Shown one piece after another: positions 40,146 through 53,442 of a stretch of 64,000 nt of DNA. The stretch is taken from contig NC_047019.1 in NCBI RefSeq assembly GCF_902652985.1, forward strand, positions 38,564,001 through 38,628,000. The letters run 5' to 3'. The notes under the pieces are model-generated. The model made no database searches. It worked only from the letters and a program-made list of their open reading frames with translations, and had not been told where the DNA came from. The stretch comes from Pecten maximus. Lineage: Eukaryota. Position numbers and translations under genes: made by a program. Position 1 is the stretch's first letter; each line of letters opens with the position of its first letter.

Positions 40146-41570
40146 CTGCCGTATGTGTATTATATAAACCGCTATAGGTAGTAAATGTTTTACTAAAACC
40201 ATAAAAAAGAAAGCAAAGTGTAAGATCAATATGAAAACCCGGATATTACCAAACAGTTTATAGATTTTTCGCCTCGATAGGCATTCTGTGAACTACTTAC
40301 ACAAATAAACCAGTTATTTCCTATACAAGGACTCTTGGGATTACAATAAAATGAGATTTTATCACAGGATATGAGTTCCATGCAATGGTCCAGATTGGCT
40401 GTATATTGCTTCGACTACAGCAATCGTCACTCCAGTATGTTCTTGGAAATATTCCGGTGAATTACGTTGTGATTGGCAATTATATACTCTATTTCTATCA
40501 ATTTAGGGACACACGAGCTGTTATTTGAAAATTGATGCTACAGTTTTCTATTGACGTCGGTTTCTAATATATTTCTTACCGACTGATACCGCAATATCAG
40601 ATGTCCTTGGTTGTTTATATACAGTAATATTACCGCCTCGTTACAGTGTAGGGATGTTGTATACACAGATACAACAAACTGTAACAGCAATATGTTTCTC
40701 CATGAAACAATGCTATCAAAACATTAAAACTGTCCCTAGATACAACGAAACGAGACAATGCTAGCATTTGGTAAATAATTCAGACTAAAAATGACTTTAA
40801 GTTAGAAAAATGTACCCGTGTGTTTTACTGACCGTCTGGCGTATGTTACAAAAATGACAAATCAGAGATGTGGTGATTAAAAAGGATGCATGACAAATCA
40901 GAGATGTGGTGATAAAGAAATATTTGCATTGAAGAATTCTCAAGCGGATATATTAAGTGTAGTTCTTTGGGAAATGAATGGCTCACAATGTTCTAAAAAT
41001 CAGACGATGTTGTCATTTCTGGTTATACATAATGGAGGGTTGGATGGGCAAGTATTTTCTTTTTTTTTCGCAGAAATATTTTTCCCTTTTGATAAAATGA
41101 TGAGGAATTGTATCTGGTTACCCTAGCCCTCCTAGCTACGTTTGTGTCTGTTTATGTTAATGGGTGTTAAAGGTGCTCACCGCCGAAACAAACAACAATT
41201 TTCTGATTTAAATGAATGATAAAATTACTAAGTAAACATTGTCTATGTCCCTAATCCAATTTCACGTAACGCTGGGTTTCGAACAATATGCAATTGCATA
41301 AATTTCTGACCGATCTAAATCGTTAAGATGTCGAGATAACAAGCAGATAAGGTCAGTACAAAGTTCACTCCCATAATGCAGTGCGTGCGAAAACTGATGC
41401 TCTGATGAAAACAGAAATGGTCGATCGGAAACGTGACTGATAGAGAACAGTAACAGAGTCCGCTACCAAAAATAGAAAACGAATATGACAATGACAGTAC
41501 CTTAGAAAACATTTATTGTTTTGTGAGGAGGATACATTGAGTGAATGTAATCAAACAAGGAACGGAAAAG

Positions 41571-42100
41571 TATGGCGGATGATTTCAGTCATGTACCCGC
41601 AATGCGAAATGTAACAACGCGCCAAGTGAAAAGCGACAATGCGTCATGCGAAGAACGACAATGCGCACTATCGTTTCTCGCTTGGCACATTGTTGCACTG
41701 TCGCTCCTCGTTTGGTGCACTGTCGCTCTTCGCATTGCGCACTGTCGCTCTTCGCATTGCGCACTGTCGCTCTTCGCATTGCGCTTTGTCGCTATTCGCT
41801 TTGTGCATTGTCGCTCTTCGCATTGCGTACTGTCGCTCTTCGTTTGGTGCCCTGTCGCTCTTCGTTTGGTGTACTGTCGCTCTTCGCATTGCGCACTGTC
41901 GCTCTTCGTTTGGTGCGCTGTCGCTCTTCGTTTGGTGCATTGTCGCTATTCGCTTTGTGCATTGTTGCTCTCTGTATTGCGCACTGTCGCTCTTCGTTTG
42001 GTGCACTGTCGCTCTTCGTTTGTTGCACTGTCGCTCTTCGCTTGGCACATTGGTGTACTTCCAATGCGACAGTGCGTCATGGCCGAAATCAGCCACCATA
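41571..42100. mobile_element. MITE with terminal inverted repeats (TIRs), TA flanks and an internal 22-bp tandem array
   Basis: The left end TATGGCGGATGATTTCAGTCATG matches the reverse complement of the right end, TATGGTGGCTGATTTCGGCCATG, at 19/23. The interior holds ~17 copies of TGTCGCTCTTCGCATTGCGCAC. Confidence 0.85.
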
Positions 42101-43109
42101 GAGAAGCGTTCATCCTACTTGATAATGTAAATGTACAAGTGCAAATGGGTGAAAATCTTCTTTTTTTTACGCCATGCCCTACCACGAATCGTTTTCTGTT
42201 GCATACACTATGGGCTTAATGTTGTTTTAATCTCAATAACGACTTCAAGAAACCTAAACCAATAATCTATTATCTGTAACAAAATGTATTAAACATTCTT
42301 CGATTTTTGATACAGTGCCGTCGTTGAAATGAAAATAAAGTTCACAATCCGGGTACTGGAATCTTGACCGGGGTACACATTTCAACTCAAACCAATGATG
42401 TTACTGTCGTCTCGCTTTCGATATTATTGCGTCATTCTCTAAATTTAACCTTTATGCATGACTATGTAAACGAAAGTATTTTCCTGCTCAAGCTAGTTAC
42501 TACACTGTCCAATAATGTTATAGAAAGAAGGAACGGACATATTGAGGCAAAATGTATTCATGACAGCTTTAATTTCGATTTGTGTTTATGTCGATGTATC
42601 ATTAACCCTTTAACCGAATGCATGGCAAAAATGGAAAACAATGATAATGAATATATTACTAAACTAAGTACATGGACTTGTAATCTATGTATTTTTTTTT
42701 ATAGCTACAGACATGATAAACAAATCCATTTTTAAGTAAGGAGACTTTGATATTTGTTAGTATTCTAAACCTGTGAACATAGTTTCCTAAAGTAAGTTAA
42801 AGGTCGGGTCTCCGGTAATGTTGATTTCCCATAGGGTTCGGCCTAAAGAATGTTTACATTTAGATATCTCTCACCGACATATAGCTTTGTGGCGTCAAAG
42901 GTGGTTCCCTTGGCTTTATATTTAACCCAAATTAATCGATGCTGCACTTGTCTTATCAACTAATTAGGTAACTCAATTAATAAACTTAGAAAGCACATTG
43001 TCACAAATCAGATAAAGTTAATTATTTATTTTTTACGAAGTAGAGAAGTTTGAACCATAAACTTAATAAACTAACTGGGTGTTATTCAACTCACAAGGCA
43101 TCAACTAGA

Positions 43110-43662
43110 CATTACAACTGTTGAATCACGTGGAATAAACTAGTTGCGTTTTGATTGGCTGATACGTTGACCTTTGATCGGGACTATATTTTTGATCACG
43201 AGCTTCAATGCGTTTTGGTTGGTTAAACTTGAAGACCGCTTCACGGGGTCGCGGAAATGATGATACAAAATTAAAAAAAACAGTTAATAGTTTTGTGATA
43301 ATTCATTTTCATATAGATTTATATCAAATTATCGTTTTGAATGAGCTTTCTAATTATTTATTATGATTAATTGTTAATTAAATATCTACACTTTTTTCCG
43401 AAGTTGTCAGTTTTGCATATTAATTAGCGACATTTCGCTTTAGGTCATATGCTTCCACCCACCTAACACTGAGAAAGACCACCCGTTGAAACAAAGCATG
43501 TTCATCCATTCTTAAAATAACTTTTATTTGTGCTAGAAACAGGTTACGTAAAAGCGTGGTTATATATGGTATTTCTTTCACCCTATGTTTTGTATCTTTA
43601 GAAAATAACTAACTCGAGTCAAAAAGCCAATACCACAAACACTCGTTGTGTAACCTCTATAT
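43110..43662. mobile_element. Hairpin-ended non-autonomous element, copy 2 (same family as 26133-26752)
   Basis: Shares both ends and the internal blocks GCGTTTTGATTGG, GACCTTTGA and TTGCATATTAATTAGCG. The hairpin centre is partly deleted. Confidence 0.7.
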
Positions 43663-43794
43663 ATTACATGGGCGATAGTTATTAAAAAATCTTACAATAA
43701 TATACCAAATATACACCAGTCTCAATGATTTTTTGACATTACTTTCAATGTCAATGAGTTGAAATACAGTACCAAATTAAAGCGCTTTGATCCT

Positions 43795-45610
43795 ATGTAT
43801 CAGTTCGTGTCTGACGGAGACTTTAAACACCTAATACACTACCGTTCCCACAAAGACAGATAGGTGTGTAGTTGCGGGTTATAAATTTGTTTTTAGGAGA
43901 GAAATTAAAACCAAAAAGAGAATAAAACTTCATAAGCAAAAAATTGGTTGCTAGATGTTTTAAAGCAGATGGCAATTATTTGACTTATGATCAATAGATT
44001 GGCATGTGTGCGAAGTGTTTAAAAAGAAATATCAGAAACGAAAGCCTTAACCTGTAGATCAAAACGTTGGTGTTGATGATGAAACGTGGCGGAACATTCC
44101 ATTATTATCCGTAGAGGATTTTTATGACATGTCTTCCCCTGCCAAATACACGCTATGTATGAAGGGTTTCAATCAAAATCCATCCTTTTTGCCTAAGCGC
44201 ACAACACACCAATTGTAGTATCCTTGGTCCTCATGTATTTGGTCTCATTATCTCATAGGGAAATACCCTGACGCACTGATGAATGAGAAATTCCTAGCTA
44301 CATTCCAGATCAAAGGAAATCATCAATGGTTTTCTGGAGATATCACATATGCTATAAAAGTCTTCATTTACTTTGCATTTTTACTATCTGGATGATGCAA
44401 CTTGTCAAGCCTGGACAGGCTAGACAAGAACAAAGTTTTTAGAAAGTCTTTCACATTGTTCGTCCTCTGTTGACACTGACACCCCGAGGACTCACTACTG
44501 TTAAACATGTTGCTCTTGGTAAACGTGAAGACGACAAACGGGCAAGCGGACGACTGCTATAACTGACGGTAGATACACCTTTATGTCTAAGAGTTCTGAT
44601 CACAAGCTCCAGAGAATTCCTACTGTGGCTAGATGAAGCGGAACTACTTGAAGTTCATGAGCATAGCTCTGTCTGATGGTTACAGTCTGGACAAAGTAGG
44701 ACTTTTTCCTGGAAGCGATAATGATGCGAGGATTACAAAAGACATCATGGATAGTATCTCATGGCTGGAGAAAGATGACAATGTCATTGCTGTTCGAGAG
44801 TTGAAGGATGCTTTGTCAGATTTAGAATCGCGCACGCGGTTTGACAACAAGGATATCGTCTTATGTGACGACATGCAAGGTAACCTTGGTAGAGCCATAA
44901 CTAAATCCAGATGGGTAGTGGAGTCATATCACGGACGATTCAAGCAAAGGCAGGTTTTCAAAACACAGCTTGCCTCTAATTATTTCATTGATGTCTTCGA
45001 AGCATTCGTTAGAAAAGCAACAGTCTGTCTCAATGGAATCCGATGACCCATATTTGTAAGAACACCAGAGCGAGGAGCAAAGGATAGGGCACTTGTTGAC
45101 AAAAGGAAAGCGCGCCTTAGTGTTCACAATATCTTAGCTCAGCTTGTGCAAGATAAATCAGATCTTCCCTGAAGGGCCAAGTCACTATTTGTCAAACTAG
45201 ATGCGACTGCGGATAATTGTGACTTTCCAAATTTAGACATATAATACATTCGGACAATATCCTGTGGCACATACTTAATGCCACTGGCAGCTGGCCACGT
45301 CAGTACGCGTACTTCAGTGACAATGGTGACTAAACGATCTGGAACTATCGGTACTCACGGGACAATGTACGATGTCAGATCCACTCCAGGCGTAGAAGGT
45401 GTAAAGTACAATGTTTGGATCCAACATGGTAGCTCCGACAATCTTAATAACATAAAGGATCATTATTGCTAGTGTCCTACGATACAGGGAACCATAGGAG
45501 TATGTGCTCACGTAACTAGTACCCTTTAATGTTTAGGATACTACATGCATTTGGAAACCAGTAAGCCTTTGCATCAAAACGTCAGAAGGTTTAAGACAAA
45601 CCTCAAGTAA
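43795..45610 (+). pseudogene. Second, more decayed DDE_Tnp_4+SWIM transposase
   Basis: RNYLKFMSIALSDGYSLDKVGLFPGSDNDARIT, ITKSRWVVESYHGRFKQ, SCGTY, VKYNVWIQ and HYC*CPTIQGTIGVCAHVTSTL align motif by motif with the 28-kb copy. The stop is at 45608-45610; the 5' limit is approximate. Confidence 0.85.
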
Positions 45611-46231
45611 TGTCATCTTCCAGGTATCATGTATGGTCGACTTGGACAATTATAACTACAATGTAAACCAACACTGACATGGCCAATCTAATTCTAAGAC
45701 GAGGAAGCAGTGGTCAAAACGTTTAATATTTGTGGTAATCAGTGAACATGACAGCCATTTTGGAAGTAGGGGTTTAACGTAAGTGGGGATTTCACGTAAG
45801 TGGGGATTTCACGTGAATGAATTAGTAGTGAAGGTTTTAGTCCCTGTGTACTCACTCAGTTCACTTCACAATATCTAAATGCAAAACATTTTCCCCTTAT
45901 GCTCATTGTTCTTTTAAGAATAGCAATATTGTCAATCGGTTTTAATTACTTTGCACAAGACCACTAATTAATATTTTAGTACAATTAAGAATGGAATGTA
46001 AAAGACATTTCTATTTTCAACCTTCAGAAAATTTCGCGTAATGTAAAAGGAGCATATTCCTACTCAAAATCAATCAATTTATATCTCCTGTTCTTAATGT
46101 GTTAAAAAATGTAACTTCTTGCTTTGCATATGATATCTGACATGATATTATCAGCATGTTCATGTTTAGTTTTAGTTTTTAGTTAATAAAAAAGAAATAA
46201 TTTTGTCGCATTCTTCTTCCGCTCCTTCGGA

Positions 46232-47112
46232 CTCTAGTGTTATATTGACTAGATATATATGAGTTAGATATCTATGTGTGTTACTCTGGTGTTGTATTGA
46301 CTATATATAAGAGTTAGATATGTATGTGTTACTCTAGTTTTGTATTGACTAGATATATGAGTTAGATATCTATGTGTGTTACTCTGGTGTTGTATTGACT
46401 AGATATATGAGTTAGATATCTATGTGTGTTACTCTAGTGTTGTATTGACTAGATATATGAGTTAGATATCTATGTGTGTTACTCTGGTGTTGTATTGACT
46501 AGATATATGAGTTAGATATATGTGTGTTACTCTAGTGTTGTATTGACTAGATATAAGAGTTAGATATATGTGTGTTACTCTAGTGTTGTATTGACTAGAT
46601 ATATGAGTTAGATATCTATGTGTGTTACTCTAGTTTTGTATTGACTAGATATATGAGTTAGATATCTATGTGTGTTACTCTGGTGTTGTATTGACTATAT
46701 ATAAGAGTTAGATATATGTCTGTTACTCTAGTTTTGTATTGACTAGATATATGAGTTAGATATCTATGTGTGTTACTCTGGTGTTGTATTGACTAGATAT
46801 AAGAGTTAGATATGTATGTGTTACTCTAGTGTTATATTGACTAGATATATGAGTTAGATATATATGTGTTACTCTAGTGTTATATTGACTAGATATATGA
46901 GTTAGATATATGTGTGTTACTCTGGTGTTGTATTGACTAGATATATGAGTTAGATATATATGTGTTACTCTAGTGTTGTATTGACTAGATATATGAGTTA
47001 GATATATGTGTGTTAATCTAGTGTTGTATTGACTAGATATATGAGTTAGATATCTATGTGTGTTACTCTACTGTTGTATTGACTAGATATAAGAGTTAGA
47101 TATCTATGTGTG
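46232..47112. repeat. 48-50-bp minisatellite, ~18 copies
   Basis: TGTTGTATTGACTAGATATATGAGTTAGATATCTATGTGTGTTACTCTAG. Confidence 0.96.
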
Positions 47113-47988
47113 TGGTCGATTTATTTGCCAACAGTCTCATCTACCTATTACAAAAATGATTTCATGATGGTGAAATATCTAATTAAGTTATATATAAAGG
47201 TGACTAAACCCTTTCTATTTGGTGATATAGAAAAATATAAAAGATATAGAAGAAATTTTAGAGTGTAAGTTCTTTGGAATAATATTACTTTCCAATGGGG
47301 AATTTACATAAACTAGTAAAGACCTTTGACCTAAAAGTTGAAATGTTTTTTGCAACTTAACGGTAATTAAATAGAATTGCTGATATTGCGATATAGCTTT
47401 AGAAACAATTGTGTTTTTTTTTAATTAAGCCGATTTAAAAATATAATTCCGAAATTAGGTATACAGACTTTCAAGGGCAAGTACAAATGGCACATATGTA
47501 GACATATTTTCAAATCTTGATTAAATTTCGTTTGAAAAAAATTTTAAACTCTGCAAATCGACACTTAGGATAGGAATATATACAGTTAATGTTGCCTCAA
47601 GGACTGAGCCAGACGAACATACCGCGGAATATTTCATTAATACTCAACCATTGTGTTATTAAGCAGTGATAAAGACGAAATAAATAGACTCGTTCAAAAA
47701 ACACATTAAAGGTCAATACAGATATCTGAAAACTGCGACATATACGAGGATTTCGTATAGGTTTCCGGTGTTAAAAGAAGATAATAACATTAGATGTGAT
47801 TTTAAAAATGACCCTTTATTTGTAAATAAGAAAGAAAACTTGAAACAATTTTTAGAAAAAATGAAGACTTGAAAATTTCTTTTTTAACAATATGCGAACT
47901 TCCAAGTTTAAAAGGAAGTTGTATATCAATACTTATATTTCAGATAACATGCATTTTTCCAAATATTCAGTTACTTGAATTTGTGAAC

Positions 47989-48324
47989 GTCTAATGGTTT
48001 ATGTTAAAAGTCTAATGGTGTATGTTAAAAGTCTAATGGTGTATGTTAAAAGTCTAATGGTTTATGTTAAAAGTCTAATGGTTTATGTTAAAAGTCTAAT
48101 GGTGTATGTTAAAAGTCTAATGGTTTATGTTAAAAGTCTAATGGTTTATGTTAAAAGTCTAATGGTTTATGTTAAAAGTCTAATGGTTTCTGTTAAAAGT
48201 CTAATGGTGTATGTTAAAAGTCTAATGGTTTATGTTAAAAGTCTAATGGTTTATGTTAAAAGTCTAATGGTGTATGTTAAAAGTCTAATGGTTTATGTTA
48301 AAAGTCTAATGGTTTATGTTAAAA
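47989..48324. repeat. 21-bp minisatellite, 16 copies
   Basis: GTCTAATGGT(T/G)TATGTTAAAA. Confidence 0.97.
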
Positions 48325-48730
48325 GAAATAGTCTGTGGTTAGATGATCACCAAACAGTATTATTAAGATAAAAATACGATTATGCGGTACATTTACCATA
48401 AAACAGTATCAAAAATAGCATGATTTCACAGAGAAGTGATTTGTTTCGTTGAATTTAAAATGTATTATCAAACTGCTCCACCAGCTGCGTGGAAGAATAA
48501 TGACTAGGTTTTGTGTTCTCCGGCTGCCTCCCACTGATCGAACTTAACAGCCATCTTTACGGAATATATTATGGAGTTGGTCGTTACCTTGATACGAGCC
48601 CTACAACCGATTAAAAGGTGAACGTTCATTTATTGAATGCTTACTAATATTTCTTTTTGACCGATAGAACTTCCTTGTACACATGGTTTTTAATGGAGGC
48701 GTTATTTTGACCGCCCGTCACACGGGAACT

Positions 48731-49009
48731 TGACCTGTATTCGGACGATTTACAGGATCGTGGACCTGACCTGTATTCGGACGATTTACAGGATCGTGGA
48801 CCTGACCTGTATTCGGACGATTTACAGGATCGTGGACCTGACCTGTATTCGGACGATTCACAGGATCGTGGACCTGAACTGTATTCGGACGATTTACAGG
48901 ATCGTGGACCTGAACTGTATTCGGACGATTTACAGGATCTTGGACCTGACCTGTATTCGGACGATTTACAGGATCGTGGACCTGACCTGTATTCGGACGA
49001 TTTACAGGA
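48731..49009. repeat. 36-bp tandem repeat, ~8 copies, each unit partly self-complementary
   Basis: TGACCTGTATTCGGACGATTTACAGGATCGTGGACC, with a CCTGTA...TACAGG stem in every unit. Confidence 0.96.
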
Positions 49010-50337
49010 TAGGGATACAATCGGACCATCTAAGTGATGATTATGAATTTATTTTTATTGTAAATAGGCATATTTAAACCGTTCTGAGCTAATTTTGAAT
49101 ATATACAAAATCAGTCATCACTCTGGGATGGGAACGCGGGATTTTTACCCGTGTTTCTGATAGAAATCTCAGTTAATTATATTTTAAGAATCTTAATGTA
49201 GGCCTATTATATGTAGATCTATCAGAACTGTTCCATTCACTTCCTCCTTAATTAGTCGTGATAATCTCACATGTATGTCAATTCTGACTCAGAACAATTC
49301 CTGCAAATTAAGTCTATAAGCCAGGGCCGGTCAGAAGCGGGTGGCTTTTCACTATATTTTATTCAGACATGTAGATTGATGTGAATTTGATCAAATTCAT
49401 GAACAAATGATACGGATTTGATTTGGTAGTTTCATTGAGTCCAACTTGAGTAGAGACTTAAATAAAAGTGAGATCAAACAAAATCGCAGCCGTTATAATG
49501 ATAAAATCCGGTACTGGCTATACAAACACAAATGGAAGATATTACGCCGATCAAGACCGATAGCAACGGTTTCAGTATGGCAACTGGAATCTACCAATAT
49601 TGAAGGTTGTCATGTTTCCGCTGTAAAAAATGGATGAGAAGAAAATGTTTCCTACATCGAGTAGTACCCGTCACCTCGTATATCAGCCAGATATATGCTA
49701 GACTTGAACCAGAATTACAGTTTTTATCAGAAGATGTCTGGTGGCCTTGACCATTACCGACCTATAAATATAGTTATAGCATAATGTATCCTTTTAAAAT
49801 TCAGCAGACATATTTCATCTTCAGTCTTATTCATCTTTGACGAAAAAAGTACTAAACTTAACATTTTCAAACTGAACAAAACGTCTCAGCCAAACTACTC
49901 GTTCTAATGATTCATTTTTCAATTCTATTTGCTATTTCTGCAATGACTTGGAACAGTTACCGTGAGACAAATACTGGTTTCTTTCATGCTTGGACTGTGT
50001 GCTTGGGTCTGTGTCATAAACATATAATTTACCTTGGTTTCAGAAGTTCGCTGTTGAAACCCAACGTCAATATAAAAAATCCCAACTTAACCACAAGACG
50101 ACATTCGGTGGTTCTCCGTGTTTGTACCTTCCCAATACAACTACTGGCAAATATGAAAGCTGCTTTACAAACCAATAACTTGATTTATCCCTAGATGAAT
50201 TCACAAGGGAGGAAAAGTTTCATTCAAAAGTCGTTGTCATAGTTACCTCTCTACTTTTTACTGAGTGAGTTGACTGTATACATTAAGGTACCTAAGAGCA
50301 GTAACAGTTATTAAGGCATAATTGGAGTTGGTTCCTC

Positions 50338-50650
50338 AAAAGTTAGAAAACACGAATGCCATAGATATAGCAGGCAACGTAAAAAGTTAGAAAACACGAG
50401 TGCCATAGATATAGCAGGCAACGTAAAAAGTTAGAAAACACGAGTGCCATAAATATAGCAGGCAACGTAAAAAGTTAGAAAACACGAGTGTCATAGATAT
50501 AGCAGGCAACGTAAAAAGTTAGAAAACATGAGTGCCATAGATATAGCAGGCAACGTAAAAAGTTAGAAAACATGAGTGCCATAAATATAGCAGGCAACGT
50601 AAAAAGTTAGAAAACACGAGTGCCATAAATATAGCAGGCAACGTAAAAAG
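50338..50650. repeat. 44-bp tandem repeat, 7 copies
   Basis: AAAAGTTAGAAAACACGAGTGCCATAGATATAGCAGGCAACGTA. Confidence 0.96.
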
Positions 50651-50983
50651 CATAAAAATCTATCGAAAATACCGTCAAAGTACCACTGAAACAAATAACA
50701 TTCTCCTGCACGAGAAAGGTATGTTTCCACGGAATATTCTGTACATAATCTTATCAATTCAAATAGGATAACCTTTGATATTTAACGCTAAGCGCTTAAT
50801 CGCCAAATTTGAGTTTAGAACATTTCAGGTACCAAAATAAACTGTAGATATGGACTAAATATGTTCTTATGATGCCTCGTACATGCCGCGGCAGCGCGAA
50901 ACACAATGGTTCTATACACAACTCTCATTAATATCAGCTATACATGCAACACCAAGAAACATAACTGCTTCAATAAACAAGAA

Positions 50984-51270
50984 CCGTATAAAACGTAAAT
51001 ATGTCATAGTACACATTTATATATCACCCGTATAAAACGTACACATGTCATAGTACACATTTATATATCACCCGTATAAAACGTACACAAGTCATAGTAC
51101 ACATTTATATATCACCCGTATAAAACGTACACATGTCATAGTACACATTTATATATCACCCGTATAAAACGTACACATGTCATAGTACACATTTATATAT
51201 CACCCGTATAAAACGTACACATTTATATATCACCCGTATAAAACGTGCACATGTCATAGTATACATTTAT
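50984..51270. repeat. 44-bp tandem repeat, ~6.5 copies (unrelated to the preceding array)
   Basis: CCGTATAAAACGTACACATGTCATAGTACACATTTATATATCAC. Confidence 0.95.
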
Positions 51271-51705
51271 ATTAAACTTCGTATAAACGTACACATTACA
51301 AACAACTAAACCTCCATCAACCCAAATGTCATCAGGAGAAGGACACATTTAATTGATAGTTTGATAAAAAAAATAAAACTATAAAGGTAAACATATAGCC
51401 ACAAGGGTTTCAAGTTGCTGGTTATATTTTTAAATAATTAGTTTAAAATGCATCATTTTTGGAAGTAAGTCATCATGCAGGCATTAATTAGTGAAAAAAA
51501 GTACGTGGAAGTGGAGAAAATGTTACTTAATTAGAAATATTTGAAACAGTAATGATAGTAATAGAATCCATAACGACGAGAATTAATACCGAAGTGCTAC
51601 AATTATCTATAATGAATCTGCTATACCGTCATTAGTGTATGATTATAATGTCCCTTGAAGGTTATCTGCTTGGTAATAATCTAAGGATCTGCCTCGGCGA
51701 TTAAT
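51233..51705 (+). repeat. Local segmental duplication, copy 1 (~470 bp of non-satellite DNA)
   Basis: Near-identical to 53573-54046 (offset ~2341 bp). Confidence 0.95.
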
Positions 51706-52550
51706 GAAAACAAAACAAGAGAGAGGAAAACAGTGATTAAAGAAAAAACAAAACAAGACAGAGGAACACAGTGATTAATGAACACACAAAACAAGAGAGA
51801 GGAAAACAGTGATTAATGAACGCACAAAACAGGACAGAGGAACACAGTGATTAATGAACGCACAAAACAAGATAGAGGAACACAGTGATTAATGAACGCA
51901 CAAAACAGGACAGAGGAAAACAGTGATTAATGAACACACAAAACAGGACAGAGGAACACAGTGATTAATGAAAGCACAAAACAAGATAGAGGAAAACAGT
52001 GATTAATGAACACAAAAAACAAGACAGAGGAACACAGTGATTAATGAACACACAAAACAAGACAAAGCAAAACAGTGATTAATGAACACACAAAACAAGA
52101 CAGAGGAACACAGTGATTAATGAACACACAAAACAGGACAGGGGAACACAGTGATTAATGAACGCAAAAAACAAGACAGAGGAAAACAGTGCTTAATGAA
52201 CACACAAAACAGGACAGGGGAAAACAGTGATTAATGAACACACAAAACAGGACAGAGGAAATCAGTGATTAATGAACACACAAAACAGGACAGAAGAAAA
52301 CGCTGGTTAATGAACACAGAAAACAGGACAGAGGAAATCAGTGATTAATGAACACACAAAACAGGACAGACGAAAACAGTGAAAAATGAACACACAAAAC
52401 AGGACAGACGAAAACAGTGATTAATGAACACACAAAACAGGACAGAGGAAATCAGTGATTAATGAACACACAAAACAAGACAGAGGAACACAGTGATTAA
52501 TAAACACACAAAACAGGACAGAGGAAAACAGTGATTAATGAACACAAACA
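51699..52550. repeat. 38-bp satellite, array 1 (~22 copies)
   Basis: GATTAATGAACACACAAAACAGGACAGAGGAAAACAGT. Confidence 0.97.
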
Positions 52551-53442
52551 AAATGGCCTCAAGTTACTTTCGGCTTAGAGAGCTTTCGAATGCTAGAATT
52601 TATCTACATAAACCACAATAAAAAATAAAGCAACACAAGTCGTCAAAAATCTTATTATAAGCGCTATTCTTGATCTATACGAAGTTATCAAATTGTCAAT
52701 GTCGCCTCACTCACAGGGGCTCGTTGCCGAATTTTCAGAAATACTAGGCACGACAACATTAAAAGTCCAGTATTTATATAAAAAAAAAAAAAAAACAATC
52801 TTGTGAACATCGGCAGTATCGACATGGTTACCGGTTGTGTATGCATACTGCATTTTAGTGTTGTGGTTATTCACTGATGTCAAAGGCCTATCTAATTCCA
52901 AAATCGAGCCCCGGTGAAGTTGAACATCGTCTGTTAAGTTAGCGACACTGATGTGACGGGTAAGACTTGAATCTGTATCGAACGAAATATCCTTGGAATC
53001 GTTTTCACCTACTTTCAAGACGACTTTCATTTAGAATTTGAGAGCTGATATTCTTCTTAAGATAACGTAAATACAGTCGATAGAAACATAAGTGTTTCCG
53101 AGGAATCGAGCCTGTCCTGTGCAATACCCGTTCAACGACGCATCACTTCTAAATGATAACCGTATATCATTGCGCCGAAAAACGGCTTTGATTTTAAACA
53201 ATATGAAATTATGCAATTGTGAACAATTTAACCATATCTACAAACGTATATGAGATATAAGAACAAAAAAAAGACAAAATTATGCAAAAAACATTTTATA
53301 TGATTGCTATTAATAACGACATGAGGGACTTTATTATTCCTTCTGGAAATTTCAGCTGTTCCGGTATTTGAAATTGATGACGTCAGTGATAGGGGAAGCG
53401 GCACATTTAACGCGTCTTAAGCTACATTTTATAAAAAAAAAT

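Noticed and set aside
41167-41300. TTAA-AGG Kolobok-like terminus (similar single ends at ~27697 and ~42797)
   Set aside because: I found no matching inverted partner end for any of them, so no element can be delimited.
41572-42219. Overlapping Cys/Arg-rich ORFs in several frames
   Set aside because: They come from the stop-poor 22-bp array inside the MITE.
47994-48371. MVYVKSL repeat protein
   Set aside because: It is a pure 21-bp tandem repeat with no other coding evidence.
48500-48595. Decayed SINE core and 3' end (GTTCTCCGGCTGCCTCCCAC...)
   Set aside because: It is too short and diverged to support without an alignment.
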